Assembly: GCA_951406725.2 (NCBI GenBank) | Contig: OX597831.1 | Coordinates: 65,596,001-65,660,000 of the forward strand | Direction: 5' to 3' | Origin: Octopus vulgaris | Taxonomy: Eukaryota | Length of the DNA: 64,000 bases | Part shown: positions 25,300-38,373 of the stretch, piece after piece | Position numbering within the stretch: the first letter of the stretch is position 1 | Layout: every line of letters begins with the position of its first letter | The notes under the pieces: model-generated | What the model was told of the DNA's origin: nothing | Databases searched by the model: none | What the model saw: only the letters and a program-made list of their open reading frames with translations | Translations under genes and position numbers: made by a program

Positions 25300-26230
25300 A
25301 CCAGCAAGATCCTAACATCAACTGCAAACTTCCACAGAAGCAGTGATATTGACAGATTCTATCTGAGAAGAAAAGAAGAAGAGGCTTGAGATCAGTGCAG
25401 ACAACCTTTGAATGTGGAATTTTTCCTAGAAAAGAGCTGCTCTAATAGCTCCTGTTAAAAACAGCAGCAAAAATAATGCATCAGCCCCAAAATGAAGTGA
25501 ATATTATTCTGTGCCTTTGCAGCGAGCTTCTCCAGAAATATTCATTCATCCTGATGACCTGCCATCAGAAGACTTGGAAGAGAAACTCTTTGCTTTTCGC
25601 AAAAAGGTTCTGCATGAGTATATTTCCTATAAACTTGAGGATTATGAAATGTTAACATGAATTGCAGACGCTCTTGAATTCATGGCTGTTATAACACATC
25701 TCATTTCAAAGACAACACGTTTGCAACTCAAGACAAGAGATAATTACAAAATATCTCATAAATAAACGGGATGGTGAAACCCTTGTAAACTGCTCAGATT
25801 TAACGGCAAATGTCAGTTGTATCACTCTTCTGTGGAAGACCTTACATATGTAGCTAGTAACTTCTCCAAAGGTGTCATCGTGGTACTTCCTTCCACTGCA
25901 ACATGATGCTGTCGCTAAAACCATGTACAACGCCATCCGCAGTAAAGCTGACCTGGGATATATATAAACAACTCCTCTATTGGTGGAGGATTTCCATCAA
26001 AACTTCTAAGCAAAACATAACAGGCTGGACATAGTTATTTGAAACAAAAAGAAAAGTTATGTACAATCATAGAGGTTAGCTACCCTTCAGATGTAAATAG
26101 TTCTTCCAAAATTAGTGAATAGGAGAATGTCTATGGACAACTGCTTCGAAACCTGCTGCTCTTCAACTCATTATAAATGCACAGATTATAAATTCACTTG
26201 GTTTTGTTAGTAAATGTCTAAATGACTGTT
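25300..26230 (+). pseudogene. Decayed R4/Dong-like element (RT end, knuckle, RLE)
   Basis: SDIDRFYLRRKE..RGL, YFLPLQHDAVAK, KHNRLDIVI, EVSYPSDVN, ENVYGQLLRN. Confidence 0.75.
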
Positions 26231-26678
26231 GCTGCTCCGTGCAGAAATCTAGGTGAGCGGGATCAGAATCACCACAGTGATAACAAAGACGAACAATGGT
26301 TTAAATTTTTGGAGCCATTTATTTTCTACTCGTGCGTTACATCGTGCAGGTGTACCGCGTGAATATACAAATGTTTGGCAAGTGTACGGTAGACTACAAA
26401 TTAAGAAAAATACAAAAATAAGACAAACTTAAATACAAAAAAAATTATTTGAACAAGATTTTACTGATATTTTATTTCTTGATATACAACTTTCTTGTAA
26501 CAAAGTTTGATTTCAAAATACATTCAACAGGTTTATCATGACTGATACACGTGGGCGAAAATTGCCGAATGAAGAAAAAATGTTGGATATACTGAGACAC
26601 TTTCACCCATGGATATACAATTATCTACACATCATTATATGTCACAGATTAATGTAAGGAAAACTAGATATATATATA

Positions 26679-26903
26679 TATTTCTTTACTAACTACAAGG
26701 GGCTAAACATAGAGGGGACAAACAAGGACTGACAAAGGGATTAAGTCGATTACATCGACCCAGTGCGAAACTGGTACTTTATTTATCGACCCCGGGAGGA
26801 TGAAAGGCAAAGTCGACCTCGGCGGAATTTGAACTCGGAACGTAACGACAGACGAAATACGGATACGCATTTCGTCCGGCGTGCTAACGCTTCTACCAGC
26901 TCG
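26679..26903 (-). mobile_element. tRNA-derived SINE family 1
   Basis: Matches 7629-7861. Confidence 0.92.
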
Positions 26904-26999
26904 ATATTTACAAAATCTTTGTCGGCTCATCATTCTAGAAGCAGCAGAGAATTGGTCACACTGGTACAAAGTCACATTCGCAGTAACACGAAATAACCA

Positions 27000-27681
27000 A
27001 AGAAGGGGAACATTCAGGGATGACAGCGGGTTTTCCGAGATATAGATGGACACAAAAAGGGAGAATGCATGGATATGTGTCTTGTATAATTGAGGATGAT
27101 ACTAATATCATTCAGAAACATGGTCTCTTCTGGATTCGTAACCACTACATCGTAAAATATTTTGAAGAGTATGAGTTTGCTATCCAAAAGCTACCTACCT
27201 ACAAAATAACTACTGAACAAAGTAGATAATGAAGCTCTTAAATCTTAAGGTGCGATGCAACCGGAAATGTTGATTATATCTCATTTCTGAGGACAATTTT
27301 ACATGCGTAATCAGCAGATTCCTAAAAATCATTAAGGTATACTTTTCAATGTGATATGATGCTGTTGTTTAAACAATATACGTTGGCGGAAAACTTGCCA
27401 CAGAATAAATGAAGAAAGAATTTCTGCTGTTGAGTAAACATATGCATTTCAACGGAAGAATTATGGAAAAGATTCCTGTCAAAACTGCCGAAATCGGTTA
27501 GTAAAAGAATATTTACGGACAACTGCTTCGAATTTGCAGATTCTCTGCCAAGATTATGCATTTATACCTATAATTATTAGTGCATTTCGCCTAAATGTCT
27601 AAGAGGTAATCTAAGGAAATTTGTTCATAAAACCTAGGTTTTTGAGAAAGTGATAGTTAACATTCACTATACAAATACATT

Positions 27682-27718
<37 letters not shown>

Positions 27719-28080
27719 AACACACCCGAAAATGTAACCTACATCATAAGCAGCTGTTCTAAAATGTTATCAAAACACTGTCTACAATTGAAATATAATG
27801 TAGCTACAAAAATGATGTATAATGCAAATTGTAAGAAGGATTTTCCTGAAGGCAGAAGCGTAAGAATTAACGGTAATGTAGAAGGCATATTCACCGATAA
27901 TATAAAAGAATACTGGTCCAATATTCCTGACCAAATCCCCATAAGACATAAGCACAAGAGATCAGATGTAATAGACAGGTAGGGAGAAAAAGAAACAGTG
28001 CATTGTATTTAAAATCGGTTGTCTAACAGAACTTAACATAATGTTTAAGATAATATGCAGTTATGGTGAGGTAAATACGA
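27000..28080 (+). pseudogene. Two further decayed R4/Dong-like 3' fragments (27000-27620, 27720-28080)
   Basis: RMHGYVS..YFEEYEFAIQ, NIYGQLLR.LQIL..FIPIIISAF; YIISSCSKMLSK..EYWSNIP..KHKRSDVI. Confidence 0.7.
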
Positions 28081-28430
28081 AACGGCTGGTATTGTATCTG
28101 GATTATAACTTTCGCTTTATGTTTAAACATACACGCGCACGCACGCATGCAAACACGCATACATTTGGAAACAGCTGATGATTCACTGTCTCAACTCAAA
28201 GTTAACCCACCTCATGCGATCGTTCAGGCAGGATTTAAACTGCTGGTAAAAAGTATACTGCTGGGAAAACTAATGTTTACACTGGTAAAACACTGTTTTG
28301 TTCCCTGGTGAGAGCTTAAAATGTAGTAGTTATATATCTTGGAAATTCCAAACGTTGAAAACCCTAAGGTTTTTCAATAGAGGAACCGAGATATTGCAGC
28401 AGTAAACTGTTACCAACTCACAATTAGATA

Positions 28431-28857
28431 CCTATTTCTTTACTGCCCACAAGAGGCTAAACACAGAGGGGACAAACACGGACAGACAAACGGATTAAGT
28501 CGATTATATCGACCCCAGTGCGTAACTGGTACTTATTTAATCAGCCCCGAAAGGATGAAAGTCAAAGTCGACTTCGGCGGAATTTGAACTCAGAACGTAA
28601 CGGCAGACGAAATACCTATTTCTTTACTACCCACAAGGGGCTAAACACAAAGGGGACAAACAAGGATAGACAAACGGATTAAGTCGATTATATCGACCCC
28701 AGTGCGTAACTGGTACTTATTTAATTTTATTTAATCGACCCCGAAAAGATGAAAGGCAAAGCCGACCTCGGCGGAATTTGAACTCAGAACGTAACGGCAG
28801 ACGAAATACGGCTACGTATTTCGCCCGGCGTGCTAACGTTTCTGCCAGCTCGCCGCT
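28431..28857 (-). mobile_element. SINE family 1 with tandemly duplicated 3' part (1.8-mer)
   Basis: Units 28615-28857 (full) and 28431-28614 (headless); flanking TTAGATA repeat. Confidence 0.9.
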
Positions 28858-29097
28858 TTAGATATCATTAAAGTTACAGCTTGTGGAAATTCTCTCAAAC
28901 GATTCATCAGCCGTTTCCGAATAGACTCTGATATATATCTAGAGTACTTGTTCACACGTTTGTAAAACACGTGTGTGAGTATGTGGGCTCGTGCGGCTGT
29001 ATGTGTGTGTGTATGTGTGTGTGTGTATATATGTATATATACACACACGCACACACACACACATATATATATATAAACACACACACACACATATATA

Positions 29098-29415
29098 CAG
29101 AGTATGATGGGTAAATTGTCGCCATTTAATACTTTAAAATTTGCGCATGCGCATCGTTTGTTTTTTATTTTGTCGACTACACTGTATAGTAGAGTCAGTT
29201 GGGCACCGTCTCTGTGAAAAACAACACCATGACGCAATGCACTGCCAGAAATTTGGAAACGACACGCTTGGTATTCGCGACGGCAGCTCCTATACGAACA
29301 GATGGTGAACACACAGAACAACTTTTGGCTTCCCGTGTCCCCTAAACACGTACCGAGAGTGATAAAAATCAAACATCCAGTCGACGTTATGGTGTTTGGA
29401 GTGATCACTGCAACG
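29098..29415 (+). mobile_element. Tc1/mariner (DD37D-like) deletion derivative, left end
   Basis: TA followed by CAGAGTATGATGGG terminus; MVNTQNNFWL..VPRVIKIKHPVDVMVFGVIT. Confidence 0.75.
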
Positions 29416-29545
29416 AGCCACTTCGCTGCTGATTGTAATGATACGACTGAATAGCGATGATAATGAAATGTCTTAATAATGAATGTAATGATAAAACTGG
29501 GGATTTTAATGAAACAGGTCAGTGGTGGTGGTCGTAATGGATGAG

Positions 29546-29936
29546 CAGGCGTGGTGGTGTGTTAAGAAGTTTGCTTCCCAGCTACATGGTTCCGGAATCA
29601 GTTTCAGTGTGTCTGGCACAAAAGCCTTGTGAGTAGATTTGGTAGGCGGAACCTGAAGGAAGCCCGTCGTATATATATAATAATAATATTAGGGAGTAAA
29701 TCCAAACTTACAGGGAAAAATTAGATTCAGGATTAAATCCAATTTTACAGTATAAATATACATATGAATTAAATTAGAAATAAAACCACTATTAGGCAAC
29801 TCAAACTGAAAAACTTAAACCAAAACATAGAAATAAAATTAATTAATATAATATACAAAATATAAAATACAAAATTCAAAATTTAAATTATTTAAATTTA
29901 AAGTTAAAAAGTTAGAATTATTAATTTATATTTATA

Positions 29937-29985
<49 letters not shown>

Positions 29986-30270
29986 CGTGCGTGTGTGTGT
30001 GTGTGTGCATGTTTGTTTGTGTGTTCGTATATTTATGTGTGTGTGTATGTGTGTGTTTGCGTATGTTGTCCTCCCCCACTGGTTGACAACCGGTGTTGGT
30101 GTGTTTGCGCACCTGTAACTTAGCGGTTCGGCAAAGGAGACTAATAGAATGAGCACGATGCTTCACGAAAAGGCACTGTGATCGATAAGTTCGACCAAAA
30201 TTCTTCAAGGCTGTGTCCTAGTATGGCCACAGTCTAATGAATGAAGCAAGTAAAAAAATAAAATAAAAGA
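29546..30270 (+). mobile_element. CORE-type SINE with an AT-rich element (29680-29940) inserted in its internal microsatellite
   Basis: Head 29546-29670, tail 30060-30270; insert shares CCAAACTTACAGGGAAAAATT with the reverse complement of 45083-45104. Confidence 0.75.
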
Positions 30271-30356
30271 CAAGCATATAATGTTGTTGGTTTTACTGAA
30301 ACAGCTGAGTGCTGGTTGCCATGGCACGACTAAGCTGTGGTTGTAATGAAACAACT

Positions 30357-30747
30357 TAGGAGGAGGAAGCACTCCGTCGGTTACGACGACGAGGGTTCCG
30401 GTTGATCCGATCAACGGAACAGCCTGTTCGTGAAATTAACGTGTAAGTGGCTGAGCACTCCACAGACACGTGTACCCTTATCGCAGTTCTCGGGGATATT
30501 CAGCGTGACACAGAGAGTGACAAGGCCGGCCCTTTGAAATACAGGCACAACAGAAACAGGAAGTAAGAGTGAGAGAAAGTTGTGGTGAACGAGTACAGCA
30601 GAGATCACCACTATCCCTTGCCGGAGCTTCGTGGAGCTTTAAGTATTTTCGCTCAATAAACACTCACAACGCCCGGTTTGGGAATCGAAACCGCGATCCT
30701 ACGACCGCGAGTCCGCTGCCCTAACCACTGGGCCATTGCGCCTCCAC
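30357..30747 (-). mobile_element. tRNA-derived SINE family 3, full length
   Basis: Box A TGGCCCAGTGG, box B-like TTTCGATTCC; TSD AATGAAACAACT at 30345-30356 and 30748-30759. Confidence 0.92.
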
Positions 30748-31184
30748 AATGAAACAACTAAGATGTGGGTGTAAGGAAATAAGTTAGCGGTGGTTGCGGT
30801 AAAACCACTTTGTGGTAGTCGTAAATACTTCTGCATTCACTGAATTAACACTTCAGAAATACTTAAAATGAAACACTTCAGCATTGAGAAAGTCGATCCA
30901 GTTCCTGTGTCTATGTTGCAAGTTGATTCTTGTACTTGAGAGAACGTAACCATTCTGGTCTGCTTGGCAGAACCAGATTTCTTTTGCCTTCGGCGAAGTT
31001 AAGTTGCAGTCATTTGGTTCTGACGTTTTAGACAACTTATTCTCTGTTCCAATTTCCTTTTTCTCTTCTCACTTTTGTGCTTTTGCTACCAACCATACAG
31101 GCTCGGTACTATACATTTGGGTAGCACGTGTAAAATCGGTTTTGAAAAAGGCAAAAATTGAATATTGGAGACATAATGATGTGA

Positions 31185-31780
31185 GTATATCTACCATTTA
31201 TGTGGAAATTCGGTGTGTGTTTGTTTGTGGCTAATTCCTCCTACATCGTTTTATTGATTTTGATGAAACTTGTCACGTGAATAGAACTCATGTATGAAAA
31301 CCTCGTGACATACTTAGATTGTTTGAAAAAAATCGATAATACGGCCCTTGGAAGGGACCTTTATATCTACCACATATAATTAATTTTTTAAAAACACCCA
31401 TGGAAAATAACCCATAACACCTGAACAACATTTTTTAAACACTCAAGGGAAATAACCCATTTCATTGTTTATGTTCGATTACTTTGAATATTGATTTTTT
31501 GTGTGTCCTATTTCTAATTTTTGCAGACAATATCACTTTTATACTTTATTTGACACGGGAGTAGAACTCATGTCTAGAAAGTTTGTGACATACTTAGGTT
31601 GTTGAAAAAAAATCGATAACAGGGCCCTTCCAATGGATCCTTCTATGTACTACATATTACTAATATTTTATTTAAACAACCCAAGAGAAATAACCCATAC
31701 CACCTGCAGATTTTAGCGAAGCGATCAATATTTGATTCGCACGATCAGCTGACCTAATTCTGCATTTCACTACTCACATT
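31185..31780 (+). repeat. Unclassified (Helitron-like?) repeat with ~155-bp internal direct repeat
   Basis: 31271-31425 resembles 31550-31708. Confidence 0.55.
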
Positions 31781-31782
31781 TC

Positions 31783-32094
31783 GCTTTATTGAGAAAATTC
31801 TATAGTTTGCAAGATATTTGTTAATTTTTTCTTCAATTTCTGCAATTTCAACCAATCAATGACGTCCATTGAGGTAAAAAAAACATTCTGTGCCGTATGA
31901 ATATGTCCCTCGTTTAAGAAACAGATTGAGTTTATTAATATTTGGGAAGAAAAAAAAGATACCCTTCCCCCCCACCCCTAACCCTAACCCTAAAACATAT
32001 TGAAATGCAATAGATCGATACTAGGGTCATAATTATGGGCGACAATTTCATATGACACCGCTAGAAAAAACTGCCGTTCAAACCGAAAAGATCC
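31783..32094. mobile_element. TTAGGG-MITE, one-ended copy
   Basis: Ends in AAAACTGCCGTTCAAACCGAAAAGATCC. Confidence 0.88.
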
Positions 32095-33626
32095 CAAAGA
32101 GCTGTGTTACCAGGCTAATGTCTGACAGAAAGCCATTTTGGTAGTATATTTTAACAAATCTGTTCTCACAAAATTAAGGTGGCATGCCATATCTCGGAGA
32201 ATTATTGAAGAGCAGCTCCTTGTGACTTCGCAGAATTAAGTAATTACATAGTTTTGACAATCCATCCATAAAATATAATATAAATATGTAAGATATGCTA
32301 GCAATGTTATAGCCACGTTCCTGTGGACCATTGCGGTTTTCTCTTGCTTGATTTTGTCAGTAAATAGCAGCCTCATATTTCCTTCTTTCTCCCAGTCGAC
32401 TCAGATGTTGTTATATTGTTGGTTTCACTATGGTCTTGTAAAAACAGATTGAAGACATCCAGTATGTATCGTATTGCTCTTGTTCAACATGTCACCTGTT
32501 CACTCTAGTTCAAAATATTTACTTGTATCTTGCTTCAGTTTCTTGCGATGAGTTAGCAATATCATTACCGATTCAAAGACGAAAAGATACAATCTTCCAT
32601 GTTCCATTTATGCAATTTCTTTTGACTGGATACGTTATTCATGCTAAGTCATTACTACATCCTGTTACAGTTGGGAAGGCTTTTTTCTCTTATATTTATG
32701 TTACATGGTTTCTTTCACAAACTCGTAAAAAGAAAGTTTTTATTCATCTGATCATTCCACTTTTGTTTTTTCCGTTTTGAATAATCATTTCTTTTCATTG
32801 AACATTTCCTGAGAGAACGGGTTATGGTCGATAGAACTGTGTTTATTTCGTGAAACCGAAACATGAAAGACAACTTAGATTTTAAAGAAACGTGTTTTCA
32901 GTAACTTATAACATTCTTATTTAGTTTGTCTTTGAGATGTAAAATAGGAGCTTACCATATTAAAAGTATGTCTAATGGCAGGTATGATACATATTCACTA
33001 TCATAAGTTTATTCACATTTCATCCAAACTCTAACAGAATACATAAAGGCAAAAAGATTTTTAAAAAAGTAATAGCTATGTTTTTACAGAAAAAATAAAA
33101 ACTACAGGAAATATTTTTTAAAAAAGCGGTATTTCTTCAGCAAATAGTGATCCGAAATGAACAACTAGTAAATAACTAACACAGAATCCCATGTCTTCTT
33201 ACTAATCAACGCTGATTGATGACCGAGTGAGCGAGCAATCCCAAACAACATTAACAATAATTATAAGAAAATAACGGTATTAACAATGATTGAATGTCAT
33301 CAGATACGTTCGTATGATAACGAAATAGAAGTCTGAATTTCTAATTGAGCTATTATTATACAGAATAAAAAAATCAATAAAATAAGACAAAAAAAACCAA
33401 CGACGAAAATCTTAGTAACAGACTATAAAAGTTATAAACTGCCTCCAAGGCATGATCTTATGTGCATATACTTACTACCGTCTCTGTACATATATGTGTA
33501 TGTATGTATGTATGTATGTATGTATGTATGTATGTATGTATGTATGTATGTATGTATGTATGTATGTATGTATGTGTGTGTATGTATGTATGGAAATCTC
33601 TCTTTCTATGCCTCCTCTCTCTCTCG

Positions 33627-33661
<35 letters not shown>

Positions 33662-33703
33662 GAGAGAAAGACAGAGTGAGTGAGTGAGTGAGTGAGTGAG
33701 TGA

Positions 33704-33760
<57 letters not shown>

Positions 33761-33990
33761 AACAGGTAAGATCAAGTAATGCTCACATGATTTGAAATTA
33801 CACTCCAAAATCTTTCTCTAGGACTAAGTCCGCGGGGTAAAGAATGGCTATAAGAGGAATACAAGTGAACTGACGTGGAGAAAATAATGCAAATAGACAA
33901 ATAAACACGCTTGAGCTTAATATATATATATATATATAAGCAATAATAAATCTCTGAACGAGGTATAAACAGTAATTGCACGACAATGTA

Positions 33991-34121
33991 AAGTATATTT
34001 GCCATCTCAATATGGCTAACCACTAAGGGTGGGTGTTACTGTAGCTTGTAGCCCATGGAGAACATCGTCTCCAGCTGGCTTTAGGCACACTTTCTGTGTC
34101 CGATAGGACACAGAAAGTGTG
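33991..34121. repeat. Dispersed repeat (second copy 38568-38678) ending in a perfect 16-bp hairpin
   Basis: Shared AAGTATATTTGCCATCT...CCAGCTGGCT...ACACTTTCTGTG; hairpin at 34086-34121. Confidence 0.75.
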
Positions 34122-34145
34122 ATACGCACGGACTGCAGTTTCTGG

Positions 34146-34237
<92 letters not shown>

Positions 34238-34292
34238 CGTGTTTGTTTGTGTGTGTATGTAAATATATATATAGGGATATATATATCTCTCT

Positions 34293-34800
34293 CTATCCGC
34301 TCAGTCGAAGTCGACTCTCGGTCACTCGTTGGATCAGTGTCCTCCAGTCAGTTCTATCCTGGGCCGCTTCTTTCAGATTGGCTATGTCCATTCCGGTATC
34401 ACTCTTGATGGTGTCAAACCAGCGGGTTCTTGGTCGGCCTCTTACTCTCTTGCCACTGACCATTCCGAGCATGATGTCCTTCTCCAGGGATTTTCTCCGC
34501 ATAATATGACCGAAATATGCCAATCTATGCTTGGTGATCCTAGCTTGTAGCGACATTTTCGGCCTGATCTGCTTAAAGCCCAACCGTTCTCCTCACCGTG
34601 GTGCTGGGGGTGGCAACGGCATATGGTAAGTATGCTGGCTAAACGGCTCTGGCCTGGGAAAAGACCTGGCCACCTACCCCAGTATCCTGGCCAATATACT
34701 CTATGGATCAAAAGTGTAAGAATTCTAATATGATGGTACCAAACAGTGGGATCCCCGGGCTGCGAGATACCACATTGGCTACTGGAGAAGAGCACAGGGG
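34293..34800 (-). mobile_element. RTE (BovB-like) LINE: intact 3' end with an apparently inverted 5' piece
   Basis: RLAYFGHIMRRKSLEKDIMLGMVSGKRVRGRPRTRWFD...DRTDWR..TESR on minus; plus-strand CCAGTATCCTGGCC...GCTACTGGAGAAGAGC resembles the RTE 5' region. Confidence 0.85.
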
Positions 34801-35500
34801 ATATAGATATATATAGAGAGAGAGAAACAAAAACTGAAAATATTCAGAAGATGAACACTTGTGTATAAACATATTGGTATTTATATATTTACGGAACAGA
34901 TTTACATGGAGTACAAAAGATACAGAAAACTAAGGGGAGACGGCATAGTACACCAGGTCCGACAGCTGTTTCTGGGACCTGGAATTATGTAATGGTTGTA
35001 ATGTTGGTAATGGAATGTGGAAAAGTCAAGAATATGCATATAGTAGTGGGTGTATATAAGCGTTAACGTAAATTCAGCCTCTGTCTTCAGTGTGAAGAAA
35101 TTGGTTAGATGGTACACACTTGTTAGTAACGAACTAAAAGACCTCTGCGATGGGTGGTTAACTAATTCCATTTAACAGAATTGTTATTTCTACGCCATAA
35201 GTTTATTTCTCAAACGTGTAACGCAAATGGCAAGAGGTGTCAAAAATGTTGATTAACTGATGCGTGGACATACACCAAACACATACAGGCATGCACGCAC
35301 GCGCACACACGCATGCACACATATGGGTGCGCACATGGATTAAAACTGTTATATATCAGAATCTGGAACATAAAAAAGAATAATAATGGTATAATGCACA
35401 GAGTGTTTATTAAGGTACGTGGCGGAGTGAGCATGGTGTTGGCGACGATTAAGTTGGTGTATATACATAAATAGCTTTTAACAAGAATACTACTGATAAT

Positions 35501-35917
35501 GGATCTTTTCGGTTTGAACGGCAGTTTTTAAAAATAATTTCCACGTAACTAAAAAATTTTAAACTTCGTATACTGGTAGAATGTGTTTGTAAAACATCTT
35601 TTTCTCTTGGCTTTATTGAGAAAATTTTATAGTTTGTAAGATATTTGTTGTTGTTTTTCTTCAATTTCTGCAATTTCAACCAATCAATGACGTCTATTGA
35701 GGTGAAAACATTCTGTGCCGTATGAATATGTCCCTCGTTTAAGAAACAGATTGAGTTTATTTACATTTGTGAAGAAAAAAAGATACCCTTCCCCCACTAA
35801 CCCTAACCCTAACCCTAAAACATTGAAATGCAATAGATCGATACTAGGGTCATAATTATGGGTGACAATTTCATATGACACCGCTAGAAAAAACTGCCGT
35901 TCAAACCGAAATGATCC
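35501..35917. mobile_element. TTAGGG-MITE, full length
   Basis: TIRs at both ends; TSD CTGATAAT at 35493-35500 and 35918-35925. Confidence 0.93.
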
Positions 35918-36502
35918 CTGATAATGATTTCGAATTTTAGGCCAAATAAGCCATCATCGGACCGTGGTATATTTTATGGCTTTAGTTCATCTCTGTTAAG
36001 TTAAAAGTTTCTAGCGTAAGCTGAGTTCTATTGAATGATTGGCCGGCCGAAACTTCTTAGTCACTATCAGTACTATTGTTTTCAAAGAATAATAAATTTG
36101 TACTCTGCCAAATTTACTGATTTATTGTAAAATTGTTTTTATTATAACAAAACAATCATTAATATATACAATCTATACATAAATATGAATGCATCTGTCC
36201 TAATAAATCTGTGGCCATGTTGTTACGCCCTGCAGTGTTCTGCCTCGTAGATAGCTATTCCTGCTCGCTGCTTTATGTTGTCTATGACATGGCCGAATAT
36301 TGTCCGTGTATTAGTTTTATAATGTTTTTTAAACACCACATGCGTTGGACTGTAACACTCGTTGCAAAACACTGCAAACAATAATTATGTACATATATAT
36401 GTGCACACACAAGCATAAAAATATGCGTACGTTTATTCACACTTTTATAAGCATCATATAAACACGTGTACACATGCGCCGCGCACGTGTATGTATGTAT
36501 AT

Positions 36503-36577
<75 letters not shown>

Positions 36578-36621
36578 AACAAAAGTATCCCCGCTTCATT
36601 ATGTACATTGTATATTATATA

Positions 36622-36982
36622 TCTCTCTATATATAAACGGTAAAATGTCTGTGTGTGTGTCCTTTATACAAATCTACAATTTTTCAGTTAGAGCGCTCGA
36701 ACTTTCTATGGTCATTTAAAACCGTCCAAGGGTGGTCGTGCATATCTTTACATTTCCCCAGTCACCCCGCAAAGCCATTAAAAAATCAATAGAAGTGACT
36801 TTTTTGTGAATTTTCTCTCCAAAACTCAATAAAAATGCCCGAAACTTGATACGCCACTTGAATGCCAGTTAGTATGTGATTGGTCGGAGATTTGGACAGT
36901 ACTCGCGTGTATGTGTGCACGCATGCAGCTGTATATGCATGCACTAGCACTATGACCCGGCGTTGCCGGGTCATAGTGTTAG
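36622..36982 (+). mobile_element. Non-autonomous Helitron family A
   Basis: 5' TC; 3' hairpin CACTATGACCCGGC/GCCGGGTCATAGTG. Confidence 0.88.
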
Positions 36983-37299
36983 TACGTATATAATGTGCAC
37001 AAAATATACAATTTATATTATATACAGTATATACATTGTATTCATTGCTAAAACACTGCTATATCTGAAGTTACATGTTCTGGTAATTAGCTGACAGTTA
37101 TGAATATTTCGAGGTCTATTTTCTCTCCACCTCATTCTCGGATAGGTTTCTTATTCTTATTCTGCAGCCCCCACACGTCACAAAGGAAACAACCAATGTT
37201 TTGCAGCCGTTGGATAATGACTTCCGTACGTACATACATACATACATACATACATACATACATACATACAATTAAAGTAGGCAGCGGTTTAGCAATGTG

Positions 37300-37934
37300 T
37301 TACCAAAACATAGAAAAGAAAGGTGGGAGTGGTAGTAGGGACCTCGAAGTTTCTCACCAAGGAGTTTTATTTCGTGGCTCTTCTTTTCTTTTTCATGTTA
37401 TTTTGCATGCTTTCAACGAATGTGACATCGAAATCAAGCTTAAACGGCTTCTTTTTCCAGAAAAGGAACGATTTGGCTGCTATTTCTAGCATTCCCTGCT
37501 ACCACGTAACAGCTATTTGTGTTCACACCGAAATATTTGCGTTCGCACCGTAATATTTACCAACTTTCGTCCATCCATTTATTTTTTCCACTTTAGTCAA
37601 TATTTTCTCGACATCCACCTCCGCGAGGTCACGGATCAAGTGGAAACACCTCAATCACTGTTCGCTCTTGACAGGACAAAAGAAATTTCCCGGTGTCTTT
37701 GCAAAAGTAATTTATAATAATAAGTGGCGGTGTATCAGGTTGAAAGAATGACGCGTTCAATACTAAATATGTTAAGACAATCTGAAAACAATAGAAACCT
37801 TTAAACGTTTTAAACCGGTTTTTATGAAATTTTTGGGTTACAGACTTGAGTTAACAGAATCTAAGTGTAATGGAAGTTAATTAGTCCGATAATGATAACT
37901 TCGTTAATTAACGATTGACGGACTTACGCCCACC

Positions 37935-37938
<4 letters not shown>
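37300..37938 (-). mobile_element. Possible Tc1/mariner remnant (terminus TA-CAGAGGTGGGCG)
   Basis: Terminus motif adjacent to TA only; coding signal weak. Confidence 0.35.
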
Positions 37939-37991
<53 letters not shown>

Positions 37992-38099
37992 TCAGTTGAT
38001 GGGCCCCACTACCTCAAATGTTCTTAAAATGTAAATCCACATCTCTATAATGTTACCACTTAATATGAAAATTATATATTAATGGAAAACATCTATTAA

Positions 38100-38183
38100 T
38101 GGCTGATGAGTGCTCAGCATTTTAAAACTGTTGTAATACTTACAATATTTAATAAAATGATGTAGTGCGAAACGATCGTACCA
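38100..38183 (+). ncRNA. Hammerhead ribozyme, canonical core, long stem II
   Basis: UGG-CUGAUGA-[59-nt stem II]-GAAA-CGAUCG-UA-CCA, in a ~330-bp element between two (TA)n tracts. Confidence 0.82.
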
Positions 38184-38313
38184 AATTACCGGAGTTATTC
38201 TTTTTGCTTATTTTGATTATAATCAGCCTATAGATTTATATGGATAACACCATACAGAATTCTGGTGCATCTAACTTAAGTACCATATTCATTTGAATCT
38301 AAATTTTGCTGAA

Positions 38314-38373
<60 letters not shown>

